The notes: generated from the letters alone by a model not told the origin. Positions 48,221-57,902 are shown, counted from the first letter of the stretch. The stretch: DNA of 57,902 nucleotides from Eubacteriales bacterium (GCA_045536775.1 JAZSOD010000010.1:1-57902); one strand, 5' to 3'. Made by a program: numbers and translations.

Positions 48221-49375
48221 TTATTTTCCGTTATTTATATACTCGGCGGCGAGTCTTGCCGCCTCTTTTTCGATTTCGTATATTTTATCAAGCGTGTCAG
48301 CTCCGTCAAGCGATGCACCAAGCTTATCAAGAGCGTAGACCACCGCGTTATATATATCGGTGAATCCGATCTCTCCTCTTATAAAGCTCCAGACTGCTGT
48401 TTCGTTCGCGGCATTTACCGCCGCGCCCGTGCCGCCGCGGCGCTTTAGCACCTCACGTGCGAGGTCAAGCATCGGAAACGCTTTTGTGTCGGGCTTTGCA
48501 AAGGTAAGTCCAGAGAGCTTTGTCAGATCAAGCTCGTCTATAGTAGCGCCGAGCCTTTCCGGATAGGTCAGCGCGTACTGTGCGCAATGGCGCATATCGG
48601 GTACAGACATCTGCGCGATGACCGCGTTATCAATATATTCCACCATCGAATGTATTATGCTCTGACGGTGCACAACAACATCTATCTTCTCTGACGGTAC
48701 ACCGAAAAGATATGCCGCCTCGATTATCTCAAAGCCTTTGTTCATAAGGGTCGCCGAATCAATAGTGATCTTCGCGCCCATACTCCAGCTTGGATGCTTC
48801 AGCGCATCGTCAACCGTTACACTCTCAAGCTCGTCGGCGGTTTTGCCGAAAAATGGACCGCCCGAGGCGGTAAGTATGAGCCTCTTGACCTCACGTCTCT
48901 CGCCCGAGCGCAAGCATTCGTGGATAGCGCAATGCTCACTGTCAACAGGGAGTATTGTAACGCCGTGCTCTTTCGCCTCTCGCATAACTATATCACCCGC
49001 ACTGACAAGCGACTCCTTGTTTGCAAGCGCGAGGGTATTGCCTGCTCTGATCGCCGCAAGTGTCGCGGGAAGTCCTGCACAGCCTGTTATTGAGTTAAAA
49101 ACTCTGTCGACCTTATCTGCGGCAAGCTCCTCGATAGCCTCTTTGCCGCAAAGCACCTTTGTGTCGGTGTCGGCGAGTCTTATCTTTAAGTCCTTTGCCG
49201 CCGCATCGTCTGCGGTCACGGCTGTTTTTATTTTCAATTTGCGCACCTGCGCCTCGGCAAGCTCTGTATTTTTGTTGAAGGAAATGCCGTGAACAGAGAC
49301 GCCGAATTTATCGGCAACGTCAAAGCTCTGTGTTCCCACCGAGCCCGTCGAGCCGAGTATGGTTATCTTTTTCAT
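48221..49375 (-). CDS. dxr: 1-deoxy-D-xylulose-5-phosphate reductoisomerase
   Basis: ILGSTGSVG, ALANKESLV, PVDSEH, TASGGPF, MGAKITIDSATLMNKG. Confidence 0.97.
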   Translation of the reverse strand: MKKITILGSTGSVGTQSFDVADKFGVSVHGISFNKNTELAEAQVRKLKIKTAVTADDAAAKDLKIRLADTDTKVLCGKEAIEELAADKVDRVFNSITGCAGLPATLAAIRAGNTLALANKESLVSAGDIVMREAKEHGVTILPVDSEHCAIHECLRSGERREVKRLILTASGGPFFGKTADELESVTVDDALKHPSWSMGAKITIDSATLMNKGFEIIEAAYLFGVPSEKIDVVVHRQSIIHSMVEYIDNAVIAQMSVPDMRHCAQYALTYPERLGATIDELDLTKLSGLTFAKPDTKAFPMLDLAREVLKRRGGTGAAVNAANETAVWSFIRGEIGFTDIYNAVVYALDKLGASLDGADTLDKIYEIEKEAARLAAEYINNGK

Positions 49376-49390
49376 TACCCTTACCCGTTT

Positions 49391-50221
49391 TTATCTTATG
49401 ATTGCAAAAAACGAAAATGCGTGTAACACGAGCATTACCGGAGCAAGAGCGATTATGCTGTCAAATCTGTCCATAACGCCGCCGTGTCCGGGAAAAATTT
49501 TACCGTAGTCCTTTATACCGTTCTGCCTTTTTATGATTGATGCCGACAGATCGCCGAACTGCGACACCACCGCCGCTATAAGTCCTGCAAAGAAAAGCAT
49601 CAAAAGACTCATTTTCACGTCGGTAAGAAGCGAAACTATATATCCGAAAAGCGAGAAGGAGAGTCCGCAGAACAAAGTTCCGCCTATCGCACCCTCGACC
49701 GTTTTCTTGGGGCTGACCTCCTCTATAAGCTTGTGCTTACCAAAGAGCATTCCCGAAAAATACGCCATGGTGTCTGTCATCCACGCGCCAACGAACACAA
49801 GCCAGAATATATACTGACCGTTCACGGTGTCACGCAAAAGCACCAGCGACGTAAATCCTGCAGTTACGTATATCACCGACATAAAAGCACTTGAGCAAAG
49901 ACTGTATTCAAGGGTATCCTTACGCAGAACGCAATATACGTTCAGCCAGAGAAGATATCCTATAATGATGGCAAGCACCCACGGAGCAAAGCCCGCTTTG
50001 TCCTCGATAAGTCTTGCGGACAGGGGGAAAGCAAGCGCTATAAAATACGACGGTATTGCTATCGGGTATATCTTATCTGCCTTCAGACAATGGAGCATTT
50101 CATAAACTGCCACCGCCGACAGAATCGCCATCGCAATAAGGAAAAACAACGTGTGGGATAAGAGAAGCAGCGGCAGAAACACCGCCACAAGTATTATTCC
50201 CGTAATAATTCGCTCGGTCAT
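49391..50221 (-). CDS. cdsA: phosphatidate cytidylyltransferase
   Basis: SPKKTVEGA, GDLSASIIKR..IKDYG.IFPGHGGVMDRFDS. Confidence 0.95.
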   Translation of the reverse strand: MTERIITGIILVAVFLPLLLLSHTLFFLIAMAILSAVAVYEMLHCLKADKIYPIAIPSYFIALAFPLSARLIEDKAGFAPWVLAIIIGYLLWLNVYCVLRKDTLEYSLCSSAFMSVIYVTAGFTSLVLLRDTVNGQYIFWLVFVGAWMTDTMAYFSGMLFGKHKLIEEVSPKKTVEGAIGGTLFCGLSFSLFGYIVSLLTDVKMSLLMLFFAGLIAAVVSQFGDLSASIIKRQNGIKDYGKIFPGHGGVMDRFDSIIALAPVMLVLHAFSFFAIIR

Positions 50222-50271
50222 ATCAAAACTCTTTGGGACAAAAGATCCCATCCTTTCAAATCAAAGAGGGC

Positions 50272-51015
50272 TTACACACCGCCGAAGCGACGCTCTCTCC
50301 TCGTGTATTCGGCTACCGCCTCGTCCACGTCCTCGTGGGTCATGTCGGGCCACAGCTTGTCGGTAAAGTAAAACTCCGAGTACGCCGCCTGCCACATAAG
50401 GAAGTTTGACAGTCTACACTCCCCTGCCGTTCTCACTATCAGATCAGGGTCGGGAGAAAGACGCGTATAAAGCTTATCCGAGAGCATTTCCTCGGTAATC
50501 TCGCTCACTCCGTCCGCTATAAGCTCGTTGCAGGCGTGGACTATCTCGTCACGTCCGCCATAGTTCATAGCAATGTTAAGTATGCGCTCGTACTTGGCGG
50601 AGTCCGCCTCGAGCTTTTCCATTCTCTCGCGGAGCTCGGGCGAAAACGGCGCCTTGCTTCCGAGAAATATGATACGGAACTGCTTTTCGGCAATATCTCT
50701 GAATGCCGTGTCAATATATGAGTCGAGAAGCGCCATTATAGCATCGACCTCATTCTTGGGCCTTTTCCAGTTTTCAGTCGAGAACGCGTACACGGTTACG
50801 TGCTTTATGCCTATATCGCCACAGTATTCCACAAGATCCTTGAACACCGCCGCTCCCGTTTTATGTCCGTACTCTCTCGGCATCGAGCGTTTTTTTGCCC
50901 ATCTGCCGTTTCCATCCATAATAAACGCGATATGCTCGGGGACCCTCAGCGACTCGTGGGAGATTTCTTCATTTTTCTTTTTTTCGAAGAGTTCGGATAA
51001 AAAATTTTTCTTCAT
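50272..51015 (-). CDS. uppS: undecaprenyl diphosphate synthase
   Basis: HIAFIMDGNGRWA, YAFSTENWKRP, RLSNFLMWQ. Confidence 0.96.
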   Translation of the reverse strand: MKKNFLSELFEKKKNEEISHESLRVPEHIAFIMDGNGRWAKKRSMPREYGHKTGAAVFKDLVEYCGDIGIKHVTVYAFSTENWKRPKNEVDAIMALLDSYIDTAFRDIAEKQFRIIFLGSKAPFSPELRERMEKLEADSAKYERILNIAMNYGGRDEIVHACNELIADGVSEITEEMLSDKLYTRLSPDPDLIVRTAGECRLSNFLMWQAAYSEFYFTDKLWPDMTHEDVDEAVAEYTRRERRFGGV

Positions 51016-51080
51016 AAATCGGCAGATACCGCCGCGTTTGAAGCGCGACGGTATTCCTCTCAATAATTATTGCTTTAATG

Positions 51081-51635
51081 TCAGATGGAAAGAAGCTCGT
51101 TATTCTTCTTTGCAGTAATATCGTCTACTACCTTAACGTACTTGTCGGTAAGATCCTGAACGCCCTTTTCGGAGTCCTTTGCCTCGTCCTCGGTCATCTC
51201 GCTGTTTTTCTTCATAGCCTTGATCTTATCGTTAGCGTCGCGGCGGATGTTTCTGAGAGCTACCTTTGCGTCCTCGCTGAGCCTTGAAACCTGCTTGGTA
51301 AGCTCGCGGCGGCGCTCCTCTGTAAGCTGCGGGAATGCAAGTCTGATAACCTTACCGTCATTAGCGGGTGTGATTCCGATGTCGGAAACAAGAATAGCCT
51401 TTTCAATAGCCTTGATTATGGTCATATCCCAGGGAGTTATAACAAGTGTGCGGGCATCTGTTGCCTTAACGTCGGCAACCTGCGAGATGGGGGTGGGTGT
51501 GCCGTAGTATTCTACGTTTACCTTGTTGAGCACTGCGGGGTTTGCCTTGCCTGCTCTGATACTGTCGAGGTCCATCTCAAACGAGTTTATTGACTTTTTC
51601 ATCTTGTCTTCGTATTCTGTAAGAACGAGTTTCAT
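51081..51635 (-). CDS. frr: ribosome recycling factor
   Basis: IRAGKANP, YYGTPTP, LTEERR, RNIRRDA. Confidence 0.97.
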   Translation of the reverse strand: MKLVLTEYEDKMKKSINSFEMDLDSIRAGKANPAVLNKVNVEYYGTPTPISQVADVKATDARTLVITPWDMTIIKAIEKAILVSDIGITPANDGKVIRLAFPQLTEERRRELTKQVSRLSEDAKVALRNIRRDANDKIKAMKKNSEMTEDEAKDSEKGVQDLTDKYVKVVDDITAKKNNELLSI

Positions 51636-51662
51636 AATTCTTCTCCTTTTGATTTGTGTATT

Positions 51663-52388
51663 TTACTTAGCTGTTACGATGGTTCCCGACACGTTTCCGA
51701 GAAGCGCGTCGTATATGTTTTCGGGCTCCTCGAGAGCAAAAACGAGGATATCAAGCTCATTTTCTCTACAGAAGGATGCCGCCGTCTGATCCATTACCTT
51801 GAGATTCTTCTCAAGAATGAAGTCATAGGTCACTCTGTCATAGTGTACGGCGTTCGGGTCAAGCTTGGGATCTGCGGAATAAACACCGTCGATATTCTTT
51901 GCGAAAAGTATTACCTCTGCACCGATCTCGGCAGCTCTTACCGCCGCAGCAGTATCCGTCGACACAAAAGGAATACCGAGTCCAGCGCCGAATATTACCG
52001 CCTCTCCGCGCTTGAGATACTCAAGTGCGTTATCTCTGTCGTAACGGGCGGCAAAGCCCTCCATTTCAACTGCGGTCATAACGTGCGCCCCAACTCCGCG
52101 GCGCTTGAGCGCCTCCTCGATGGCGATCGCGTTTATGGTAGTAGCTATCATACCCATATGGTCAGCACGGGTCCTGTCCATATCGGTTCCCTGCCTGCCG
52201 CGCCAAATGTTTCCTGCCCCGACTATTATTCCTATCTCTACTCCTGCCTTCAGGGACTTATCAATTACCGCCGCAACCTCGTCGAGCTTTGCGTGGTCAA
52301 GAACTCCATTGCCGCTTTTGTCAGCAAGAGCCTCTCCCGAAAGCTTAAGGAGCACTCTTTTATACTTTGGTGTCGTATTCGTACTCAT
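51663..52388 (-). CDS. pyrH: UMP kinase
   Basis: YKRVLLKLSGEAL, GAGNIWRG, DHMGM, STDTAA. Confidence 0.96.
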   Translation of the reverse strand: MSTNTTPKYKRVLLKLSGEALADKSGNGVLDHAKLDEVAAVIDKSLKAGVEIGIIVGAGNIWRGRQGTDMDRTRADHMGMIATTINAIAIEEALKRRGVGAHVMTAVEMEGFAARYDRDNALEYLKRGEAVIFGAGLGIPFVSTDTAAAVRAAEIGAEVILFAKNIDGVYSADPKLDPNAVHYDRVTYDFILEKNLKVMDQTAASFCRENELDILVFALEEPENIYDALLGNVSGTIVTAK

Positions 52389-52577
52389 TACGTCTCCTCG
52401 CTTAACTATATTATTTCCACATAACATTATAATCGAAACGGTCCGTCTTGTAAAGGGTTTTTTTGAAACTTTTACCCTCTTTATCTAATACTTTCTATTT
52501 TTATCCGCGAGTTTGAGCTTGCAGAGACGAGCAAATGTTAAAAAAATGTAAATATTTCCGCTTTTTGCGCAAAGGAC

Positions 52578-52606
52578 TTGTAAAGTGACTTCAAATATGA
52601 TATTAT
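52578..52606 (+). promoter_or_regulatory. sigma-A promoter of rpsB-tsf
   Basis: TTGTAA-17 nt-TATTAT with extended TG. Confidence 0.6.
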
Positions 52607-52657
52607 ATATCGGTGTCCGTCAGCGGTGCGGGCATCCTACAAAAAATACAGCCGCTA

Positions 52658-52742
52658 TAATACACGCAGTCGCAGGCTGTAACGGTGACGTTTTCGTTTG
52701 ATTCAGCCGAACCGTACTGCGAAGGATTAACCGAAGGAGGAC
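52658..52742 (+). promoter_or_regulatory. putative S2 autoregulatory leader (t44/rpsB leader-like)
   Basis: ATACACGCAGT...CGGTG...ACTGCG pairing directly upstream of rpsB RBS. Confidence 0.5.
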
Positions 52743-52748
52743 ATTAAA

Positions 52749-53504
52749 ATGTCAGTAATCTCTATCAAGCAGCTGCTCGAAGCAGGCGTCCATTTCGGAC
52801 ATCACACAAGAAGATGGAACCCCAAAATGGCTGAGTACATCTTCACAGAAAGAAACGGTATCTACATCATCGACCTTCAGAAGACAGTTAAGAAGTTCGA
52901 GGAGGCTTACATGTTCGTTCGCGAGCTCGCAAGCGCTAAGGGTACCATCCTCTTCGTTGGTACGAAGAAGCAAGCCGCAGAAACCATCAAGGAAGAAGCT
53001 GAAAAGTGCGATATGTACTACGTAAGCGAAAGATGGCCCGGCGGTATGCTCACAAACTTCAAGACCATCAAGAAGAGCATCGCACGTCTCAAGAGCCTCG
53101 AAAAGATGCAGGCAGACGGCACATTCGATCTCCTTCCCAAGAAGGAAGTTGCAGCTCTCGTTAAGGAAATGAACGACCTCGAGAGAAACTACGGCGGTAT
53201 CAAGGAAATGGAAACTCTTCCCGACGCTGTATTTATAGTAGACCCCAGAAAAGAAAGAAACGCAGTTCTCGAAGCTAAGAAGCTCGGCATTCCGGTAGTT
53301 GCAATTGTTGATACCAACTGCGATCCTGACGATGCTGACTACATCATCCCCGGTAACGATGACGCTATCCGCGCTATCAAGCTTATCGCAGGCGTTCTCG
53401 CTGACGCTGTTATCGAAGGCAGACAGGGCGAGCAGATCGGCGCAGCTGACGAAGCTGACAAGACCGAGGCTGAAGCAGCTGAAGACGCTGAAGCTAACGA
53501 ATAA
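52749..53504 (+). CDS. rpsB: 30S ribosomal protein S2
   Basis: [35 protein letters not shown]. Confidence 0.98.
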   Translation: MSVISIKQLLEAGVHFGHHTRRWNPKMAEYIFTERNGIYIIDLQKTVKKFEEAYMFVRELASAKGTILFVGTKKQAAETIKEEAEKCDMYYVSERWPGGMLTNFKTIKKSIARLKSLEKMQADGTFDLLPKKEVAALVKEMNDLERNYGGIKEMETLPDAVFIVDPRKERNAVLEAKKLGIPVVAIVDTNCDPDDADYIIPGNDDAIRAIKLIAGVLADAVIEGRQGEQIGAADEADKTEAEAAEDAEANE

Positions 53505-53535
53505 TTAAATATTACCGAGAAAGGAATTTATAACT

Positions 53536-54462
53536 ATGGCAGTACAGATTTCCGCTAAAGACGTTGCCGAGCTCAGAAAGAAGACCGGCTGCGGTATGAT
53601 GGAGTGCAAGAAGGCGCTCGTTGAAGCTGAAGGTAATTTTGACGAAGCTGTTAAGGTTCTCCGCGAAAAGGGACTTGCAGTTGCGGCAAAGAAGGCTGAC
53701 AGAATTGCCGCTGAGGGTGTTGTTGACATTCTCGTTGAGGGCAACACAGCCGCTATCATCGAAGTTAACTCCGAAACAGACTTCGTTGCTAAGAACGATA
53801 ACTTCAAGGAGTTCGTTAAGAACGTCCTTAAGACCATCATTGCTGAGCGCCCCGCTTCTGTTGAGGAGCTTCTCGCTAAGCCCTACGCTGACGGTCTCAC
53901 CGTTGAAACAAAGCTCAAGGAAATGATATTCACCATCGGTGAAAATATGAACATCCGCCGCTTTACCGTTGTTGACGGTACTCTCAGCACATATATCCAC
54001 GGTAACGGCCAGACCGGTATCATCATCAACTTTGAGGCTGATGACGCGGCTAAGAACAACGCAGGCTTTGCTGAATTTGCAAAGAACATCGCACTTCAGT
54101 GCGCTGCTATGCCTGTTCTCTACCTCGACAAGGAGTCCGTTCCCGCTTCTGTTATCGAAGAGGAAAAGAACATCCTCATCGCTCAGATCAAGAACGATCC
54201 CAAGAACGCAAGCAAGCCCGAAAACATCATCGAAAAGATGGTTACAGGTAAGATCGGTAAGTACTACGAGACAAACTGCCTCGTTGAACAGGCTTACGTT
54301 AAGGAAGATGACATTTCCGTTGCTAAGTACGTTGAAAGAACCGCAAAGGAATTCGGCGGCAGCATCAAGATTATTGGCTACGTTAAGTACGAAAAGGGCG
54401 AAGGCCTTGAAAAGAGAGAAGACGACCTCGCAGCTGAGGTTGCTAAGCTCGTTAACGGCTGA
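53536..54462 (+). CDS. tsf: elongation factor Ts
   Basis: LRKKTGCGMMECKKAL, EVNSETDFVAKN, IGENM. Confidence 0.98.
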   Translation: MAVQISAKDVAELRKKTGCGMMECKKALVEAEGNFDEAVKVLREKGLAVAAKKADRIAAEGVVDILVEGNTAAIIEVNSETDFVAKNDNFKEFVKNVLKTIIAERPASVEELLAKPYADGLTVETKLKEMIFTIGENMNIRRFTVVDGTLSTYIHGNGQTGIIINFEADDAAKNNAGFAEFAKNIALQCAAMPVLYLDKESVPASVIEEEKNILIAQIKNDPKNASKPENIIEKMVTGKIGKYYETNCLVEQAYVKEDDISVAKYVERTAKEFGGSIKIIGYVKYEKGEGLEKREDDLAAEVAKLVNG

Positions 54463-54474
54463 TAACCGAAACTT

Positions 54475-54506
54475 AAAAATCCTCGGAGTGCTCCGAGGAT
54501 TTTTTG
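54475..54506 (+). terminator. intrinsic terminator after tsf
   Basis: AAAAATCCTCGGAG-TG-CTCCGAGGATTTTTT. Confidence 0.88.
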
Positions 54507-54509
54507 TTT

Positions 54510-54692
54510 TCACTTTTTCTCAAGCTTCTCTGCCCCGTCGCCTATGTAATCGACTGTATCCGAAACTACCGCAAGCTCGCAAAGCGGCTTGTAGCCGAAA
54601 AACAAATATTGTTCGGCTGTCGGATTGCCGATAAGCTTTTTTATGTTGTCGGGCGCGGGAAAAAGCCTTCCCTTAACTAACTTATAGTACAT
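54510..54692 (-). CDS. small hypothetical protein, possible phage remnant
   Basis: MYYKLVKGRLFPAP..IGNPTAEQYLFFGYKP; recalled similarity to small phage tail-module proteins only. Confidence 0.3.
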   Translation of the reverse strand: MYYKLVKGRLFPAPDNIKKLIGNPTAEQYLFFGYKPLCELAVVSDTVDYIGDGAEKLEKK

Positions 54693-54888
54693 GCCAATAC
54701 CCGCATTTTTGTTTGAACGATATTTCATTTATGACTGAAAGCAAAAAACACACCTCCGTGTAAATTTTTACCTATCACTTTACATTTATAATAAAATGTG
54801 TTAAAATTAATAGGTCTTTTGATTTTACCATTTATAATATATGCAAAAGGTCGCATTTTGCCACCAATACTACTGTTTTACGGAGATA

Positions 54889-56901
54889 ATGATGAAGTTT
54901 AAGAAAATATGTGCCGTTGCACTTCTTATATTTGCGGCGATGATAACCGTTTCGTGTGACAGCAATAGTCAAAGCTCGATCACACTGTTTTCAAGGGGAA
55001 AAACAAATTATACCGTGGTCTGCGCGTCAAATGCCTCCGAGACCGTATCTGCAGCGGCAGTATCGATAGCGCGCGCGGCAGCTATCACCGCTAATGCAGA
55101 GATCAGAGTTGACGTTGACTCCGTACCGTCAGGCGAGCACGCAGGCCTCGAGATAATTGTTGGCGAAACAAACAGACCCGTATCTGTAGAAACTCCCGAA
55201 AACCCCAATGATTTTATTATTGCGGTCGACGGCGACAGTCTTGTGCTTCTCGGCGGCTCAGACAAGGCAACTGCAGATGCGGTCGAGTATTTCTGCACCG
55301 AGCTTATTGCTGAGAAGACTGTAATCGAGCGCAACTACACTTACGAATATACTCACAAAAGAACACGGATAATTACAGATAACGGAGCAATCGAGGCATA
55401 CACGGTTACCGGTGACGTAGACTCGGAGGTAATTGACGATATTGCAAGTGCATTGTTTGAAAAGACCGGCACCAAGGCAAGCGACACACCGTCCGATTCG
55501 GCGGTGAGAATAACCGTATCCTTAGATGAAAGTGTCAACTCCAACACAGTTAGATTTTCGGCAATCGACACCGGCATCAGCATAGCCGTGCCGTCAAAGC
55601 TTGCAATCTCGCAGATTGCCGACACCATCAGAAACGAGTTTGAAAAGCTTGATACGATAGAGCTGTCAAGCGATAATTACGTCGATTTTAATTATCCGCC
55701 CGTTACGTTAAGCGATATTCCGAGCGACGTTGAGGTCTATTTCGTCGGTGAGACCGACAAAAATCCTCTCGAATACGAGGTCGGAGAGGAGATCACATTC
55801 ACGGTAACACTCAAGGCAGACGGAGAAACGGTCTCGGCTCCCCTTTTCGTCTATGAGATAAGACAGGACGGCAAGGGTCTTATTAAGCGAGATCACGTCA
55901 ATGCCCAAAGCGGAAGCACAGTCATAAAGACCACTCTTGAGACTCCCGGATTCGTCAGACTTTACGTTGCGGTAACCAGCGCAAGCGGTACCGAGCTTAA
56001 GGGTGTTTCGCCCTTCAACGGCGGCGCGGGTGCTTCGGTTTCACAAATTGCGCAAAGCGTTTCCGAGCCCGAGGATTTTGACGAGTTCTGGCAGGTAGAG
56101 CTTGCAAAGCTTGACGAGGTCAGACCTGCGGTCACGATAGTCAAGGACTTGTCCGATGATTACCCCGGCTTTAGTGTATGGGATGTACGTATCGACTGTG
56201 TTGGTGATCCCGTTTCGGGTTACGTTTCTTTCCCGAAGGATGCAGACCCCGAGTCGCTCCCGATCCTTGTCGGATTTACAGGTTACGGAGTCGTGCCGAT
56301 GACTCCAGCTGTCAGCAGTAAATACATCGTGTTCTCAGTAAACGCACACAGCATTGATAATGATCGCGAACCCGAATACTACACCTCGCTTTCACGCGGT
56401 GAGCTTATTTCGTACGGATTTAATTACAAAGAAAATCTCGACCGCGACAAAGTATATTTCAAAAACATGATACTCCGTGACGTTCAGGCGGTAAGATATC
56501 TTAAAACGCTCCCTGTTTGGGATGGCAAAAACATTAGCCTGAACGGCGGAAGTCAAGGCGGATTCCAGGCAACCGCAGTTGCCGCGCTCGACCCCGACGT
56601 AAGTTATCTGTATACGGCGTATACGTGGATGTGCGACATCGGCGGAGCAGGCGCGGGTAGACTCCCCGGTTGGCAGCCCGACTACACAGACGCACTTAGG
56701 TACTATGATACGATTAACTTTGCGCGCAGAGTTAAGTGCCTCGCAAGTATTGACGCGGGACTTGGTGACGACGTATCCACACCGACGGGCATTATGTCGA
56801 TGTTCAACGCAATGACCTGTCCGAAGACGTTAAACTTTACGCAGAATATGACCCACTACTACACTCCCCCAACAAGCGACGTGTTCACGCTGCGTGGGTA
56901 A
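54889..56901 (+). CDS. lipoprotein with C-terminal acetylxylan esterase (CE7-like) domain
   Basis: Lipobox ITVSC; EPEDFDEFW, GGSQGG nucleophile, YYDTINFARRV, terminal His. Confidence 0.85.
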   Translation: MMKFKKICAVALLIFAAMITVSCDSNSQSSITLFSRGKTNYTVVCASNASETVSAAAVSIARAAAITANAEIRVDVDSVPSGEHAGLEIIVGETNRPVSVETPENPNDFIIAVDGDSLVLLGGSDKATADAVEYFCTELIAEKTVIERNYTYEYTHKRTRIITDNGAIEAYTVTGDVDSEVIDDIASALFEKTGTKASDTPSDSAVRITVSLDESVNSNTVRFSAIDTGISIAVPSKLAISQIADTIRNEFEKLDTIELSSDNYVDFNYPPVTLSDIPSDVEVYFVGETDKNPLEYEVGEEITFTVTLKADGETVSAPLFVYEIRQDGKGLIKRDHVNAQSGSTVIKTTLETPGFVRLYVAVTSASGTELKGVSPFNGGAGASVSQIAQSVSEPEDFDEFWQVELAKLDEVRPAVTIVKDLSDDYPGFSVWDVRIDCVGDPVSGYVSFPKDADPESLPILVGFTGYGVVPMTPAVSSKYIVFSVNAHSIDNDREPEYYTSLSRGELISYGFNYKENLDRDKVYFKNMILRDVQAVRYLKTLPVWDGKNISLNGGSQGGFQATAVAALDPDVSYLYTAYTWMCDIGGAGAGRLPGWQPDYTDALRYYDTINFARRVKCLASIDAGLGDDVSTPTGIMSMFNAMTCPKTLNFTQNMTHYYTPPTSDVFTLRG

Positions 56902-56910
56902 GTGACATTC

Positions 56911-56941
56911 AAAAAAGGCTCCTTTGTGCAAGGAGCCTTTT
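56911..56941. terminator. intrinsic terminator
   Basis: AAAAGGCTCCTT-loop-AAGGAGCCTTTT. Confidence 0.85.
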
Positions 56942-56978
56942 GTGTCGAATATTAACGGAAACTTTTTGCCTGTTTATA

Positions 56979-57008
56979 TTGACAAAGCACGGGAGTATAT
57001 GGTAAAAT
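56979..57008 (+). promoter_or_regulatory. sigma-A promoter of tRNA-Gln
   Basis: TTGACA-18 nt-TAAAAT with extended TG. Confidence 0.7.
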
Positions 57009-57029
57009 ATCATTCGTGACAGTTCATAT

Positions 57030-57106
57030 TGGGGTGTAGCCAAGCGGTTAAGGCACCAGACTTTGACTCTGGCATTTCGTTGGTTCAAATCCAACCACTC
57101 CAGCCA
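57030..57106 (+). tRNA. tRNA-Gln(TTG)
   Basis: Acceptor TGGGGTG/CACTCCA, D-loop AGCCAAGCGGTTAAGGC, anticodon arm CCAGA-CTTTGAC-TCTGG, GTTCAAATCC, CCA end. Confidence 0.97.
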
Positions 57107-57231
57107 AAAATCTCCTCGGACGAAGTACGGGGAGATTTTTACTTTTTCACTTTTCACTCTTCACTTTTCACTAAATCCGTCCGAGGAGATTTTTGGCAAA
57201 GTAATAAGTAATAGTGAATAGTGAAAAAGTG
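57103..57231. repeat. interleaved inverted repeat plus heptamer arrays
   Basis: 20-bp perfect IR 57103-57122 / 57178-57197; (T/C)TTCACT x4 at 57145-57172; complementary AGT(G/A)A(A/T)-type array 57200-57231. Confidence 0.85.
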
Positions 57232-57266
57232 TGGTTGAATTTGCTGCGCAAAATCTTCACTTTAAG

Positions 57267-57295
57267 TTGAAAAGTAATAGGTTTTGTGGTATAAT
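57267..57295 (+). promoter_or_regulatory. sigma-A promoter of four-helix-bundle gene
   Basis: TTGAAA-17 nt-TATAAT with extended TG; AAGGAGG RBS downstream. Confidence 0.7.
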
Positions 57296-57325
57296 GGAGA
57301 AAAGTAAAGCAAGGAGGTAGGCAAT

Positions 57326-57670
57326 ATGTCCGAAAGTCCTTTGATGATAAAGTCGAAAGCGTTTGCTTTGGAAGTTATTCGCGCTTGTAAGGCGTTGAGA
57401 GAAGCGAGGTGCGAAAGTGCGTTGATCAATCAGTTTTTGCGTTCGGGAACGAGCATTGGCGCGAATATTCGTGAGGCTTTCTATGCTCAAGGCAAGGCGG
57501 ATTTTGTGGCAAAATTACATATTGCCCTCAAGGAATGCTCCGAAACGGAATATTGGCTTGAGCTTTTGATTGAGAGTGGATATTATTACGATAAAACGAT
57601 TTTGGATAGATGTGTTGAGGTAAAACGAATTTTGATTGCCTCGATCAACACGGCGAAGGAGAATAAATGA
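57326..57670 (+). CDS. four helix bundle protein (23S-IVP/TIGR02436-like)
   Basis: KSKAFALEVI, QFLRSGTSIGANIREA..AQGKADF..KL.IALKEC.ETEYWLELL. Confidence 0.9.
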   Translation: MSESPLMIKSKAFALEVIRACKALREARCESALINQFLRSGTSIGANIREAFYAQGKADFVAKLHIALKECSETEYWLELLIESGYYYDKTILDRCVEVKRILIASINTAKENK

Positions 57671-57902
57671 ATACCTACATTATGGATGCGTTGAAGCGAT
57701 TCAGAAGCATTCTTTCCTCAGACGAAGCACTATCCTCCGAAACCATTGATTCGATAATAGGCGAGCTTGAAATGATGAAAATGGAATTAGAACAGCATAT
57801 CACAAATATGCCGCAAGCTGAAGAATACAAACATATACGTTGTTCCGCTGAAAATACAGTTCAAAAATTATTGGAAATCTTGGACTTGTTCGAAGAGATT
57901 CC
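57667..57902 (+). CDS. hypothetical protein (partial), translationally coupled to four-helix-bundle gene
   Basis: ATGA overlap; open to the window end: MNTYIMDALKRFRSILSSDEALSSETIDSIIGELEMMKME... Confidence 0.6.
   Translation, partial: MNTYIMDALKRFRSILSSDEALSSETIDSIIGELEMMKMELEQHITNMPQAEEYKHIRCSAENTVQKLLEILDLFEEI

Noticed and set aside
57029-57211. Short ORFs over tRNA-Gln (also 56909-57157)
   Set aside because: They overlap a clear tRNA and repeat region; spurious.

Overview
Chromosomal window from a spore-forming Clostridia-class bacterium (standard genetic code). It mostly carries conserved housekeeping and sporulation genes: tex, the yabM-mazG-hup-yabO-yabP-yabQ-divIC block, recJ-relA-dtd-hemZ, cdaA-cdaR, pgm, htpG, spoIIAA-spoIIAB-sigF, polC, the pyrH-frr-uppS-cdsA-dxr-rseP-ispG block, rpsB-tsf and tRNA-Gln. 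Three accessory patches stand out. (1) A REP-associated tyrosine transposase (31.7-32.2 kb) has identical GTAG-REP palindromes embedded in-frame in its own coding sequence. (2) A ~6 kb patch (39.2-45.15 kb), within a 9.3 kb block between polC and ispG, is made of shuffled modules of a phage-type 'large polyvalent protein' joined by recurrent direct repeats and an FIED junction motif. Each of four toxin/nuclease-like modules is followed, inside the reading frame, by an antisense near-consensus sigma-A promoter that would make a ~70-80 nt end-paired hairpin RNA ending in a U-tract. A fifth such promoter-hairpin unit leads a Sel1-repeat gene. This is the best candidate for an undescribed system. 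(3) Downstream of tRNA-Gln, interleaved inverted and heptamer repeats precede a four-helix-bundle gene. All family assignments come from motif recognition by eye; no database search was run.
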